From a virus (taxonomy: Duplodnaviria; Caudoviricetes), in the IMG/VR virus record IMGVR_UViG_3300044858_006017, positions 1-56,150 of that record: a DNA stretch of 56,150 nt; one strand, 5' to 3'. This document shows, in pieces, positions 47,820 through 56,150 of the stretch. Numbering within the stretch: the first letter of the stretch is position 1; every line of letters begins with the position of its first letter. Both the position numbers and the translations under genes were made by a program. A model generated the notes under the pieces. The model made no database searches. It had not been told where the DNA came from and saw nothing but the letters and a program-made list of their open reading frames with translations.

Positions 47820-48086
47820 ATGTTACCCCAAATGAAGAAAAAAGGGGTAGCCATGATTGTGGCTTCCCTTAAAAACGGTGGAGGAGAGGGCCAGGAATCA
47901 AAAGAGTCCTCCTCCAATGATAGTTGGAAAACGGAAGTGGGTGAAAAAAGCTCCGAGCTTTACGAATTAAAACGTGAAAAGAGACTCCTTCTTGCCGAAG
48001 GTGTTCTTGAAGCAGTTAGGACTAAAGATGCAGAGGCCTTGGCTGATGCTTTAGAATGGTTTTTTGAGTGCTGTGAGGAAGAATAA
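47820..48086 (+). CDS. hypothetical protein
   Basis: GGAGG RBS; A.RTKDAEALADAL..F. Confidence 0.55.
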   Translation: MLPQMKKKGVAMIVASLKNGGGEGQESKESSSNDSWKTEVGEKSSELYELKREKRLLLAEGVLEAVRTKDAEALADALEWFFECCEEE

Positions 48087-48088
48087 AA

Positions 48089-48763
48089 ATGGCTGTAACA
48101 CTTGCGAGCTTAATTACCCAAACACGTCAACGAGCTGATATTGAAAGCTCTCAAGTTGTTACTGATTCCGAATTAACTGGGTATATAAACTCTTCTATAA
48201 AAGAACTTTATGATATTTTAGTTTCTACCTACGAAGACTACTACCTATCCGAAACAACTGCTACAGTTACTACAGGCGATTCTATTACACTACCTACTGA
48301 TTTCTATAAACTTAGAGGATTAGATTATGCGGAAGGATCTGTTTATTACCCTGTCCTCCCGTTTAAATTCAGCCAAAGAAATCAACAAAATGTTGAACTG
48401 TTTTCCGCAACCCCCGCTGTAAAATCCCGCTACAGAGTTCAAGGGAGTGTTATTAAACTTGTCCCTGCCGCAGCAGCTGCGGGAACCTACCGTGTATGGT
48501 ATATCCCACGAGCCGCCGAACTGTCTTTAACCACCGATACCTTTGATGGGATAAACGGTTGGGAAGAGTTTGTTATAGTAGATGCGGCTATAAAATGTAT
48601 GATTAAACAAGAATTAGGAACACAGGAACTGGAAAAACAAAAAAAGGACTTAATACGTAGAATTGAAGCAATGGCCCCTAATAGGGATGCGGATGCACCA
48701 GCATGTATAAAAGACAACGATGAGCATATGTACTCCTTTCTGGATAGGCGAAGATGGCTGTAA
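48089..48763 (+). CDS. head-to-tail adaptor protein
   Basis: TLASLI...RQRAD...SEL..YIN, LPTDF.KL, VWYIP. Confidence 0.7.
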   Translation: MAVTLASLITQTRQRADIESSQVVTDSELTGYINSSIKELYDILVSTYEDYYLSETTATVTTGDSITLPTDFYKLRGLDYAEGSVYYPVLPFKFSQRNQQNVELFSATPAVKSRYRVQGSVIKLVPAAAAAGTYRVWYIPRAAELSLTTDTFDGINGWEEFVIVDAAIKCMIKQELGTQELEKQKKDLIRRIEAMAPNRDADAPACIKDNDEHMYSFLDRRRWL

Positions 48764-49071
48764 TACCGTTTCGTAAAGTCCATTTTAATGACACCGCTTT
48801 AATGCTTATGCAAGATGCAATAAGCCAGTCTATTGGTGCTTTAAATCAGAATGAAATTTTAAACTCAATCATAATAAAAGATATAGTAGTAACAGCCGGA
48901 ACCCCTAAGCAAATATCTCATTCTTTAGGGAGAGATTATATTGGATGGTCGGTTATTCGTAAAAATGCTGCATCAGATATATATGAAGCTTCCACTACAA
49001 ATCCCGCTCCAAATAGGTTATTATACCTAAGTGCCTCGAATGATGTGACTATAACAATTCTAGTATTTTAG
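48754..49071 (+). CDS. small virion protein
   Basis: ISHSLGR..IGW motif, tail operon. Confidence 0.55.
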   Translation: MAVIPFRKVHFNDTALMLMQDAISQSIGALNQNEILNSIIIKDIVVTAGTPKQISHSLGRDYIGWSVIRKNAASDIYEASTTNPAPNRLLYLSASNDVTITILVF

Positions 49072-49079
49072 GAGATTTT

Positions 49080-50534
49080 ATGACTACCACCGCGAACATG
49101 GGGTTATCCCTCCCCTCACCTGGAGTGGATGAGGGCCCTGGATGGGCAGAACAGCTTAACGACTCTCTTTCACTTGTCGACTTACATAATCACACGGCAG
49201 GGAAAGGGACTAAAATCCCTGTAGCAGGTCTAGACCTTCAAGCTGACTTGACCATCAATAGTAATAGCCATACAGATGTTAAATCTGTTAAATTCACCTC
49301 CCAATCTTCATCTCTAACGACTACAAATGCAGTTTATGTGGTAAACGGAGAGCTTTATTTTTCAGATAGTGGCGGGACGAATGTCCAGATAACCTCTGGA
49401 GGAAGTTTAAACCTAGCCTCTACAGGTACAATTGGTGGAGACTATGCGCAAGTAGGGGTAAACGCTACGGTTACTTATTCAGATACTACAAAAACCTATA
49501 GTTTTCTCCAAGCTGCGGGGTCTACCGCTAAAATGTATTCTGCTAAGATCTCTCTTGCTGATTCCGCTGGAGGGTCTAACGCGGTAGGTATCATTCCTCC
49601 TGTAGGATTAGCTTCAGGCTATGATTTAACTCTCCCCACAGCCGCTCCGGGGGCGGATCAGGTGCTCGCCTTTGCTTCAGGAGGTCAAGCATCTTTTAGA
49701 GATATAAACGGGACATCCGGCCAAGTATCTGTTTCAAAAACAGGCTCCGCTTTCACCGTAGGACTGCCTACAACTATAACACAGGACTTAAATTTTACTG
49801 GGAACATCACCGGACGGGGGATTATTCCCGTAGGTGGTATTATTGCCCTCAATACAAACTTGACAGGGGTGACTGCTGTAACAGCCACCACTGCGGCGGA
49901 CGCTAATGGGTTTGTTGTTTGTGGATCAGTTACACAGCCTCAAGTGATTGTAGATCCGACCTCCCCTATGAATGGCCAAACTATCCCTAACCTGAACGAT
50001 TCCTACTTCTTGATGGGGGCGTCCTCATCCGGCTCTACAGGAGGAGCAAATACCACCACTTTAACAACCACCCAACTTCCAGCTCACACACACACAATTG
50101 ACCACGGGCATTCAAACTCTTTCGCTTTAAGTAACAACACAGTAGCAAGCTCGAGCCATACCCACACTATTGCGCACGTACATCAAGTGGGGTATGCCTC
50201 TTTTGCCTCTAATAATGTACGAGCTCAAAGCTCTAGGGCATCTAGTACTTTAAGTTTTACTACAGGGGCTCAGGAGTATTTAAGCAACACGGGTCTAGCG
50301 GGTGGAGGGGAGTCCGCGGTAACAACATCTTATACAGGTAATCTGTACTCCGCAGGAGCAACAGATGATTCCGGTACAGCTGCAATTTCAGGGACACCTT
50401 CAGCGACGTCTACCGTAACTTTAACTGGCTCAGTAACCTCCCATTCAGGCTCAAGCGGAAGCTCAGGGACAGGAAGTAGCTATGATTCCAGACCGAAATT
50501 TTTTGCTGTAAAATATATCATGAGGATCAAGTAG
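49080..50534 (+). CDS. tail fibre with collar-like domain and HxH tip motifs
   Basis: IPVGGII...PNL...FLMG, LTTTQLPAHTH, HTH/HVH repeats, P.F.AVKYIMRIK. Confidence 0.75.
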   Translation: MTTTANMGLSLPSPGVDEGPGWAEQLNDSLSLVDLHNHTAGKGTKIPVAGLDLQADLTINSNSHTDVKSVKFTSQSSSLTTTNAVYVVNGELYFSDSGGTNVQITSGGSLNLASTGTIGGDYAQVGVNATVTYSDTTKTYSFLQAAGSTAKMYSAKISLADSAGGSNAVGIIPPVGLASGYDLTLPTAAPGADQVLAFASGGQASFRDINGTSGQVSVSKTGSAFTVGLPTTITQDLNFTGNITGRGIIPVGGIIALNTNLTGVTAVTATTAADANGFVVCGSVTQPQVIVDPTSPMNGQTIPNLNDSYFLMGASSSGSTGGANTTTLTTTQLPAHTHTIDHGHSNSFALSNNTVASSSHTHTIAHVHQVGYASFASNNVRAQSSRASSTLSFTTGAQEYLSNTGLAGGGESAVTTSYTGNLYSAGATDDSGTAAISGTPSATSTVTLTGSVTSHSGSSGSSGTGSSYDSRPKFFAVKYIMRIK

Positions 50535-50536
50535 TT

Positions 50537-50806
50537 ATGACAAATATAATAGACTTCGGTGATAGATTAAAACAGAAAAATCTAAACACTCGTGCCGACC
50601 GGATGGTAACACTCTCGGCTTCTATAGATAAGTTACTAAACGGCTATATACACGACATGGGTGGACTAGATGACCGTGTAATAACTGAATTACTTACCTA
50701 TTTAAATTATGCATTTTTAAACTTAGAAGATATGTTAATGGATAAAAGACACGCAGAAATGGCACATGAGCTAGCTGTTAATGCTTTTTTGGAGAAAAAT
50801 AAATGA
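50537..50806 (+). CDS. hypothetical protein
   Basis: Coupled ORF in tail operon. Confidence 0.55.
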   Translation: MTNIIDFGDRLKQKNLNTRADRMVTLSASIDKLLNGYIHDMGGLDDRVITELLTYLNYAFLNLEDMLMDKRHAEMAHELAVNAFLEKNK

Positions 50807-51039
50807 ATATGCGTTATAAATTCTATTTTCGTCGTAAGTTTTTTTGGAAGTCTTTCACGGTTATTGGGCATAAATATGAAACCTCCGTGGACAAAATGTT
50901 ACTCTTTTTTGAAGATGGTGGGGTCCAAGAAATTAAAAACTTTAAGGACTGTGAAGTGAAGCTTAAGCAAGATTGGGTTTTAGCCCAGAAAAAATCCCTT
51001 GAAGCGCAAACAGGACAGCCCCTAAACATGGTGGTGTGA
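50803..51039 (+). CDS. hypothetical protein
   Basis: Coupled ORF in tail operon. Confidence 0.55.
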   Translation: MNMRYKFYFRRKFFWKSFTVIGHKYETSVDKMLLFFEDGGVQEIKNFKDCEVKLKQDWVLAQKKSLEAQTGQPLNMVV

Positions 51040-51040
51040 T

Positions 51041-54000
51041 ATGGCTCTTCAGAAACAATTAGTTCAAGCTCCTTTAGGATTAGGAATAGATACAAAAACC
51101 GACCCGAAACAGGTAGCCTCCTCCGGCTTGCTTGAATTAGAAAACGGAATCATAAAGCAGACGGGAGAAATCCGAAAACGCTACGGAGTTGCTAAACTTA
51201 GTGGCGACATTCTTCAATCTGATTCTAATATCAGCTCCAGTTCTAAACTGGAAACCTATAATAACGAGCTACTTTTATTTAATCGGGATAATGTGTTCTC
51301 CTACGCAGAATCCCTAAATGCATGGGCCAATAAAGGACTTTTAAGTACTATAGATGGCTCCACCTCACCTATTGTTGCTAACAGTTATGAGCAAACAGGC
51401 GGAGATATTGCATCAACAAATGGCATAACTCTTTATGCATGGGAAGATAGCCGCGGAGGTGTTCGCTATTCTGTTATAGACCAAGCATCAGGGGCAGCAC
51501 TTGTTTATGATGCTCAAGTAAACATTAATGGTATGCGGCCGAGGTGTGTCGCAGTAGGTGCATACTTTTTCTTATTTTGCTACCAAACTTTTACCAACAA
51601 TTTAGAGGTTTACAGAATCTCTACTACCAGCCCAAGTTTAGGAGTATCCGCTACAGCGGCAGGAGATATCTCAACCACAGAACCTATTTATGATGTTACT
51701 GTGTTTGGCTCCCGTATGCTTTTAGCCTATAAAAATACATCAAACAAATTAAAATTTACTTACTGGTTACAGACAAATATCACAGGAAACCCTGCCTATG
51801 GTGTCCCCTCTGCATTAGAGATTACAGCTGAAACCCCTTCTCAGTGCCTAACTATTATTCAAGGGGAAGACTTTGGATCAACTCCTACTTTCAGCATTTT
51901 ATTTTTTAATAGCTCAACAGGACTCCGGCATTTAGCTTATTATGCAGATTTTACTGAGTACAAATCGGCTATCGTCGTAGACAACACTGTTTCCCCTATT
52001 GTCAGAAATGTGACCGCTGTAGCACATGGCGAAAAAATAGAATATTTCGCCGAATATGAGGCAGCTTCGGCTATCAATCGCTACATAAAACGAGGTGAAG
52101 TCTATCTTGCCCCTAACAGTGCGGCCAATGTGGCGGAATTCCAACGGGCAGGTGGACTAGTATCAAAAGCCTACCGTGTAAACGATGCTACGAAAGTACA
52201 TGTTAGCTACGAATCCACTGCGAACTTTCTCAATACTTTATTTGTTTTAGGAACAGCAGAGGATCGAAGTGGTGCCCTAGGGTGGGGGTACAACTGGGGT
52301 TATGATTGGGGAGGCATATCTCTCTATGCTGTGGTGGAAAGTAAACTCCTGACAGGTGTCCATGGAGGCCATAATTTAGAGGGGGCGGGTGGACTAGATG
52401 GGTCAAGCCCTTTACCCGGGGTTTGGTTTACAGCTGCAAATGAGGCTATCTCTTGCACTTCTAGAAGAACTAGAATAGTTGCCGACAATATCTCTACTTA
52501 TACCCTCCGTGGCTTGGATAAAATCGAAATTGATTACAATGCTGCCCGTGTAGGCCCTTCAGCGCAACTTGGTGAAAATCTCCATATACCTGGAGGTTTT
52601 CTAAGAGCTTATGACGGCGTTAGTGTAGTGGAACACGGATTCCACATGTTCCCTGACGCAATCCAGGTAGCTAACTCGGTTACAGCGGGTTCGGTGGCTA
52701 ATGGAACTTATCAATATGTGGCTGTGTATGAATGGATTGATGGAAAAGGCCAACTCCATAGGTCAGCTCCATCCATTCCTGTATCCCACACCGTCTCAGG
52801 AGGTCCTAAAGGCGTGGACATCACCGTCCCTACCTTAAGGTATACTGCAAAGCAAAGCCCTGAAAGGACAGCTCCTATTGTCGCTATTTATCGGACTACA
52901 AACGCGGGAACACTTTACTATAAAGTAAGTGATGATACGGATCCTTTATATAATCTAGTTAATGCAGATACTGTAACATTTGTAGACACCTTAGCGGATG
53001 CCTCAATCACTTCCAAACCGCTTCTTTACACCACCGGTGGAACTCTAGAAAATATTTCGGTTCCCGCCTGTAACATTGTAGCTTCCTTTGATAACCGTCT
53101 GTTTATCGCAGGATTAGAGCAACCTAATGACCTAATGTTCAGTAAACAATGGGTTGTAGATGAAGGAGTTGCCTTTAATGATTTCCTCCGAATTAATGTG
53201 AGCCCTACCGGAGGAGAGATTACCTCTATATTCCCAATGGATGACAAGCTCATCATCTTCAAACAAAACGCTATCTACTATCTTTCAGGGGAAGGCCCTA
53301 CAGATGTAGGCCAACAAAACCTCTACCGCATCCAACAGATAGCTTCAGATGTAGGTTGTTCCGTGCCTGAGAGTGTTTGTCTGATGCCTTTAGGTTTGAT
53401 GTTTAAATCCCTCAAGGGGATTTATCTCTTAGACCGAGCCTTGAATGCTGTCTATATCGGCTCCCAAGTAGAGGCCTATAACGGTTTGTCTATCACCGGC
53501 GGAAACTTAGTCCCCACCCAAAACCAGGTTAGGTTTACTTCGTCCGAAGGTAGGACGTTGGTGTTCGACTATTATTTCAAACAATGGTTCACATTTACAG
53601 GACAATCTGCATCCAGCTCTATTGCATGGAAAAACCAGTTTACGTATTCAGCCTCAGATGGAAGTGTTTTCTCTGAGGAGGATGGTAGATATGACGATAA
53701 TGGTTCTGTAATTTCAACCAAAATCACCACAGGCTGGCTATCTTTTGCAGGGCTTCAGGGATACAAAAGGGTGTATTTAGCCCAGCTTTTCGGTGAGTTA
53801 AAAGGTTCCCATACGTTAAGTGTTAAACTAAGCTATGACTTTAAAAACTCCTATAGTGAAGAGTTTACGGCGGCGCTTGATACAGGTGCAACCTATGGGG
53901 ACGGTTTATATGGGGATATAGGGGTTTACGGCGGGACAGATGGAACAATGCACTATGAGGTTCAACCTGCTAGACAGAAATGCACCTCTATAAAAGTGAC

Positions 54001-54130
54001 CGTCCAAGATTACTTCCCGGATTCCAGACCATCCGAAGGATTTAGAATAAGTGGGTTAAGTTTTGAGTTAGGTATAGAGCCTGGATTGAAGAGATTGAAC
54101 GGGAATAGAGGGATGACTAGTTTAGGCTAA
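51041..54130 (+). CDS. tail stabilisation/nozzle protein (P22 gp10-like role)
   Basis: 1029 aa; LGIDTKTDP...LEN...GEIRKRYG, beta-propeller-like repeats, DVGC. Confidence 0.7.
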   Translation: MALQKQLVQAPLGLGIDTKTDPKQVASSGLLELENGIIKQTGEIRKRYGVAKLSGDILQSDSNISSSSKLETYNNELLLFNRDNVFSYAESLNAWANKGLLSTIDGSTSPIVANSYEQTGGDIASTNGITLYAWEDSRGGVRYSVIDQASGAALVYDAQVNINGMRPRCVAVGAYFFLFCYQTFTNNLEVYRISTTSPSLGVSATAAGDISTTEPIYDVTVFGSRMLLAYKNTSNKLKFTYWLQTNITGNPAYGVPSALEITAETPSQCLTIIQGEDFGSTPTFSILFFNSSTGLRHLAYYADFTEYKSAIVVDNTVSPIVRNVTAVAHGEKIEYFAEYEAASAINRYIKRGEVYLAPNSAANVAEFQRAGGLVSKAYRVNDATKVHVSYESTANFLNTLFVLGTAEDRSGALGWGYNWGYDWGGISLYAVVESKLLTGVHGGHNLEGAGGLDGSSPLPGVWFTAANEAISCTSRRTRIVADNISTYTLRGLDKIEIDYNAARVGPSAQLGENLHIPGGFLRAYDGVSVVEHGFHMFPDAIQVANSVTAGSVANGTYQYVAVYEWIDGKGQLHRSAPSIPVSHTVSGGPKGVDITVPTLRYTAKQSPERTAPIVAIYRTTNAGTLYYKVSDDTDPLYNLVNADTVTFVDTLADASITSKPLLYTTGGTLENISVPACNIVASFDNRLFIAGLEQPNDLMFSKQWVVDEGVAFNDFLRINVSPTGGEITSIFPMDDKLIIFKQNAIYYLSGEGPTDVGQQNLYRIQQIASDVGCSVPESVCLMPLGLMFKSLKGIYLLDRALNAVYIGSQVEAYNGLSITGGNLVPTQNQVRFTSSEGRTLVFDYYFKQWFTFTGQSASSSIAWKNQFTYSASDGSVFSEEDGRYDDNGSVISTKITTGWLSFAGLQGYKRVYLAQLFGELKGSHTLSVKLSYDFKNSYSEEFTAALDTGATYGDGLYGDIGVYGGTDGTMHYEVQPARQKCTSIKVTVQDYFPDSRPSEGFRISGLSFELGIEPGLKRLNGNRGMTSLG

Positions 54131-54138
54131 TCTCCCTC

Positions 54139-54393
54139 CTATTTATTTTTAGGTTTCCATACCATTTTCATACAGTGCCTATTAGCAGTAGGGATTATCT
54201 CCCAACCGCGATTCAAATAAACAGTCACTTCAAGATCTGCACATGCAGTGTAAAATGTTGTTTGACCAGGCCGCTCTTGTTGGGCAGCCTCCGCTGCATA
54301 ATATTGTTCTCGATTACACCCACCTGCAGCTATTGCAAAAAAATATAAGACTGTAGCCCATAGAACTGCCATAATACTAGCAAATATATTCAT
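54139..54393 (-). CDS. putative membrane/lipoprotein
   Basis: Hydrophobic N-terminus ending AAGGC; AGGAGAATAGAAAG RBS. Confidence 0.55.
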   Translation of the reverse strand: MNIFASIMAVLWATVLYFFAIAAGGCNREQYYAAEAAQQERPGQTTFYTACADLEVTVYLNRGWEIIPTANRHCMKMVWKPKNK

Positions 54394-54397
54394 CTTT

Positions 54398-54571
54398 CTA
54401 TTCTCCTAAATTCTTTGGTATCAACGTGACTACAACTTCTTCACCTACTATTTCTATTCGGAAAGATTCTTTTAATTCTTTATCATAGAAAAATACCACA
54501 TTGTTGGATGCAAGAACTCTGATATGGTATTCAGTCAATCTGTCAATAATGGTAGCTTCAAGCTCGTCCAT
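54398..54571 (-). CDS. small hypothetical protein (57 aa, below ORF-track cutoff)
   Basis: MDELEATIIDRL...; fills the gap between co-oriented genes. Confidence 0.45.
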   Translation of the reverse strand: MDELEATIIDRLTEYHIRVLASNNVVFFYDKELKESFRIEIVGEEVVVTLIPKNLGE

Positions 54572-54824
54572 ACTTAGCCTGCAATCTCTCTGTCTCGGCC
54601 TGCAGAAATTTAAACCGCTCTTCGATTTCAGTTATCGCGGTAGGGATTTGCTCTTCCTTTTCCACCAGCCTCACAACGGCATGACCGTCAAACGTTCCTG
54701 TTACATAGATGCCGAGGTCGAACACTTCAATCTTAATCTTTATCTCTTTTTTTAATCTATCCTCCTCTGTTATTTCAGCACAAAGAAACTTTATCTGATC
54801 TAAATAAGTTATCTCGGGTATCAT
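54558..54824 (-). CDS. hypothetical protein
   Basis: AAGGAG RBS. Confidence 0.6.
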   Translation of the reverse strand: MIPEITYLDQIKFLCAEITEEDRLKKEIKIKIEVFDLGIYVTGTFDGHAVVRLVEKEEQIPTAITEIEERFKFLQAETERLQAKYGRA

Positions 54825-54829
54825 TTTCT

Positions 54830-55093
54830 TTACTCCTTTTCTTCGCGATCTAGTAGTGCTAGTTTTCTTTCGAGACAGTATATAAAACGCTCTTTTACCT
54901 TATCTACTTTCTCCTTACGAAAAAACCAGGCTCCCTCAAGACCCGCGTTTTTTTCACGATTTTTTTCTATAAGTCGATGCCTAATCTCATCTAACCTTTC
55001 CACTTCAGATTCGTAGTCTCCCCGAGCATTCTCGATATCCTTATCGATCAGGTCGTGTAACATTGCTAATGTCTGTCGTCGTGATATCTGCAT
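54830..55093 (-). CDS. hypothetical protein
   Basis: Start moved to MQISRR behind AAGGAG. Confidence 0.6.
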   Translation of the reverse strand: MQISRRQTLAMLHDLIDKDIENARGDYESEVERLDEIRHRLIEKNREKNAGLEGAWFFRKEKVDKVKERFIYCLERKLALLDREEKE

Positions 55094-55134
55094 TTTGTTT
55101 CTCCTTTTATTGAGCTGTATTGCTCTTATAATCC

Positions 55135-55161
55135 TTTTCGACACATTTTCAAAAAACTTTA
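55135..55161 (-). promoter_or_regulatory. sigma28-type promoter
   Basis: TAAAGTTT-N11-GTCGAAAA. Confidence 0.6.
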
Positions 55162-56013
55162 GCACATATAGTCGGTATCTGTTTTTCTACCAGGGTCATC
55201 TTCTTCGGAGGCGTATCCCCAGATACCAAAGAAGTCGTGTGCTGCAATCCGCACCATATGTCGAAATTTTTTTGATGATATCACCCCTACACCTCTGTCC
55301 CTAATAAATAACTGCACTGCGTGGTCTTTCGGTATGTCATCAATATTGATACCCGGGTGTCTATTAGGGTCTCTTATGCCCCTAAAAACCCTTCTACCAT
55401 ATTCCTCCTCATCTGCTGGTCGATTAAAATTTTTTAGTTTTTTATCATGTTTCATAAAATGATCCTGTAAAAACAGGAATATGCTCCATGTATATGGTCT
55501 AACCAACTCACAGCTTTTTGTAAAATACTCCCTGTTTTCAGGAAGAAACATCCAGTCTTCATACTTCCTTGGTTCCTTCTTCATTTTTTCATAAGGTGTT
55601 AAACTGTCATCGGAATTTTTGATAAAAGGTTGATGAATGTACCCCAGGCCATATGAAGCCAGATGCAGCATTACATGCCTGTAGTCTAAAAAATTAGCTA
55701 TAGTTACATCCATACCAGATATCAAAGTCTGATTGATTTTATCGATTGTTAGTTTAATGTCTAATGCATGGTTTGTAGGTTCTTTATAATTTTTATGAAA
55801 AAACTCTATACACTTCTTTTTCCACTCTCTGTGCATTCTTAATGTGTATTGCTCATCAGTTTCGTCCCTATAATAAGATTTCATCCACTCGAACGGGCCA
55901 CGACTATACGGATCATTGAACAAAACATCAGGAAACTGCTCAGGCTCTAAACCAAAAAGCAATTTATTTACCACCATCATTGGGTATGTAAATGTTTCAA
56001 TAACACAGGGCAT
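55159..56013 (-). CDS. hypothetical protein
   Basis: Start moved to MPCVIE behind AAGGAG; the ORF-track ATG lies inside the promoter. Confidence 0.65.
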   Translation of the reverse strand: MPCVIETFTYPMMVVNKLLFGLEPEQFPDVLFNDPYSRGPFEWMKSYYRDETDEQYTLRMHREWKKKCIEFFHKNYKEPTNHALDIKLTIDKINQTLISGMDVTIANFLDYRHVMLHLASYGLGYIHQPFIKNSDDSLTPYEKMKKEPRKYEDWMFLPENREYFTKSCELVRPYTWSIFLFLQDHFMKHDKKLKNFNRPADEEEYGRRVFRGIRDPNRHPGINIDDIPKDHAVQLFIRDRGVGVISSKKFRHMVRIAAHDFFGIWGYASEEDDPGRKTDTDYMC

Positions 56014-56040
56014 TCTGATTCTCCTTATCAACCTACCTAT

Positions 56041-56150
56041 TATCCTCTTCGTCATTTCCCAGAAAATCTTTAATTTCTTCCTTTATTCTTTTCTTTCAAC
56101 CTCTTCCATTAAATTAAAGTATTCCGTCTATGTTCCGATAGGTGTTATAG
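56041..56150. repeat. 110-bp inverted repeat, copy 2, at contig end
   Basis: Exact reverse complement of 3220..3329; contains sigma28-type promoters at 56046-56072 (-) and 56115-56141 (+). Confidence 0.9.

Noticed and set aside
1-56150. tRNA genes, integrase/repressor, alternative genetic code
   Set aside because: No cloverleaf or recombinase motifs seen by eye; known genes are full length under the standard code.

Overview
The window is a ~56 kb, apparently near-complete genome of a tailed dsDNA phage with podovirus-like morphogenesis genes: terminase, portal, scaffold, major capsid, head-tail adaptor, tail stabilisation protein, fibres and three to four internal/ejection proteins. It also encodes a family A DNA polymerase split into two genes, an AEP primase, a DinG-like helicase, RecT-like and Cas4-like recombination proteins, class II RNR, dUTPase, dCMP deaminase, ThyA, a dNMP kinase, PIN-PhoH, two adenine methyltransferases, two GIY-YIG-type homing endonucleases and an M15 endolysin. 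I found no integrase, tRNA or CRISPR array. The most striking signal is non-coding. About 15 copies of a sigma28/FliA-type promoter (TAAAGTTT-N11-TCCGATAA-like, exact 11-nt spacer) precede the early, replication and nucleotide-metabolism genes, whereas the packaging and virion operons have sigma70-like promoters, one of them a perfectly symmetric bidirectional promoter. No phage sigma factor is evident. This suggests a transcription programme tied to the host's flagellar/motile state; a Bdellovibrionota attack-phase host is one hypothesis. Also notable: a ~500-nt structured RNA candidate upstream of the terminase operon, a sigma28-driven anti-Shine-Dalgarno sRNA candidate, a 110-bp inverted repeat at the right contig end, and an iteron/IHF region at the left end. 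Protein calls come from motif recognition only; no database searches were run.
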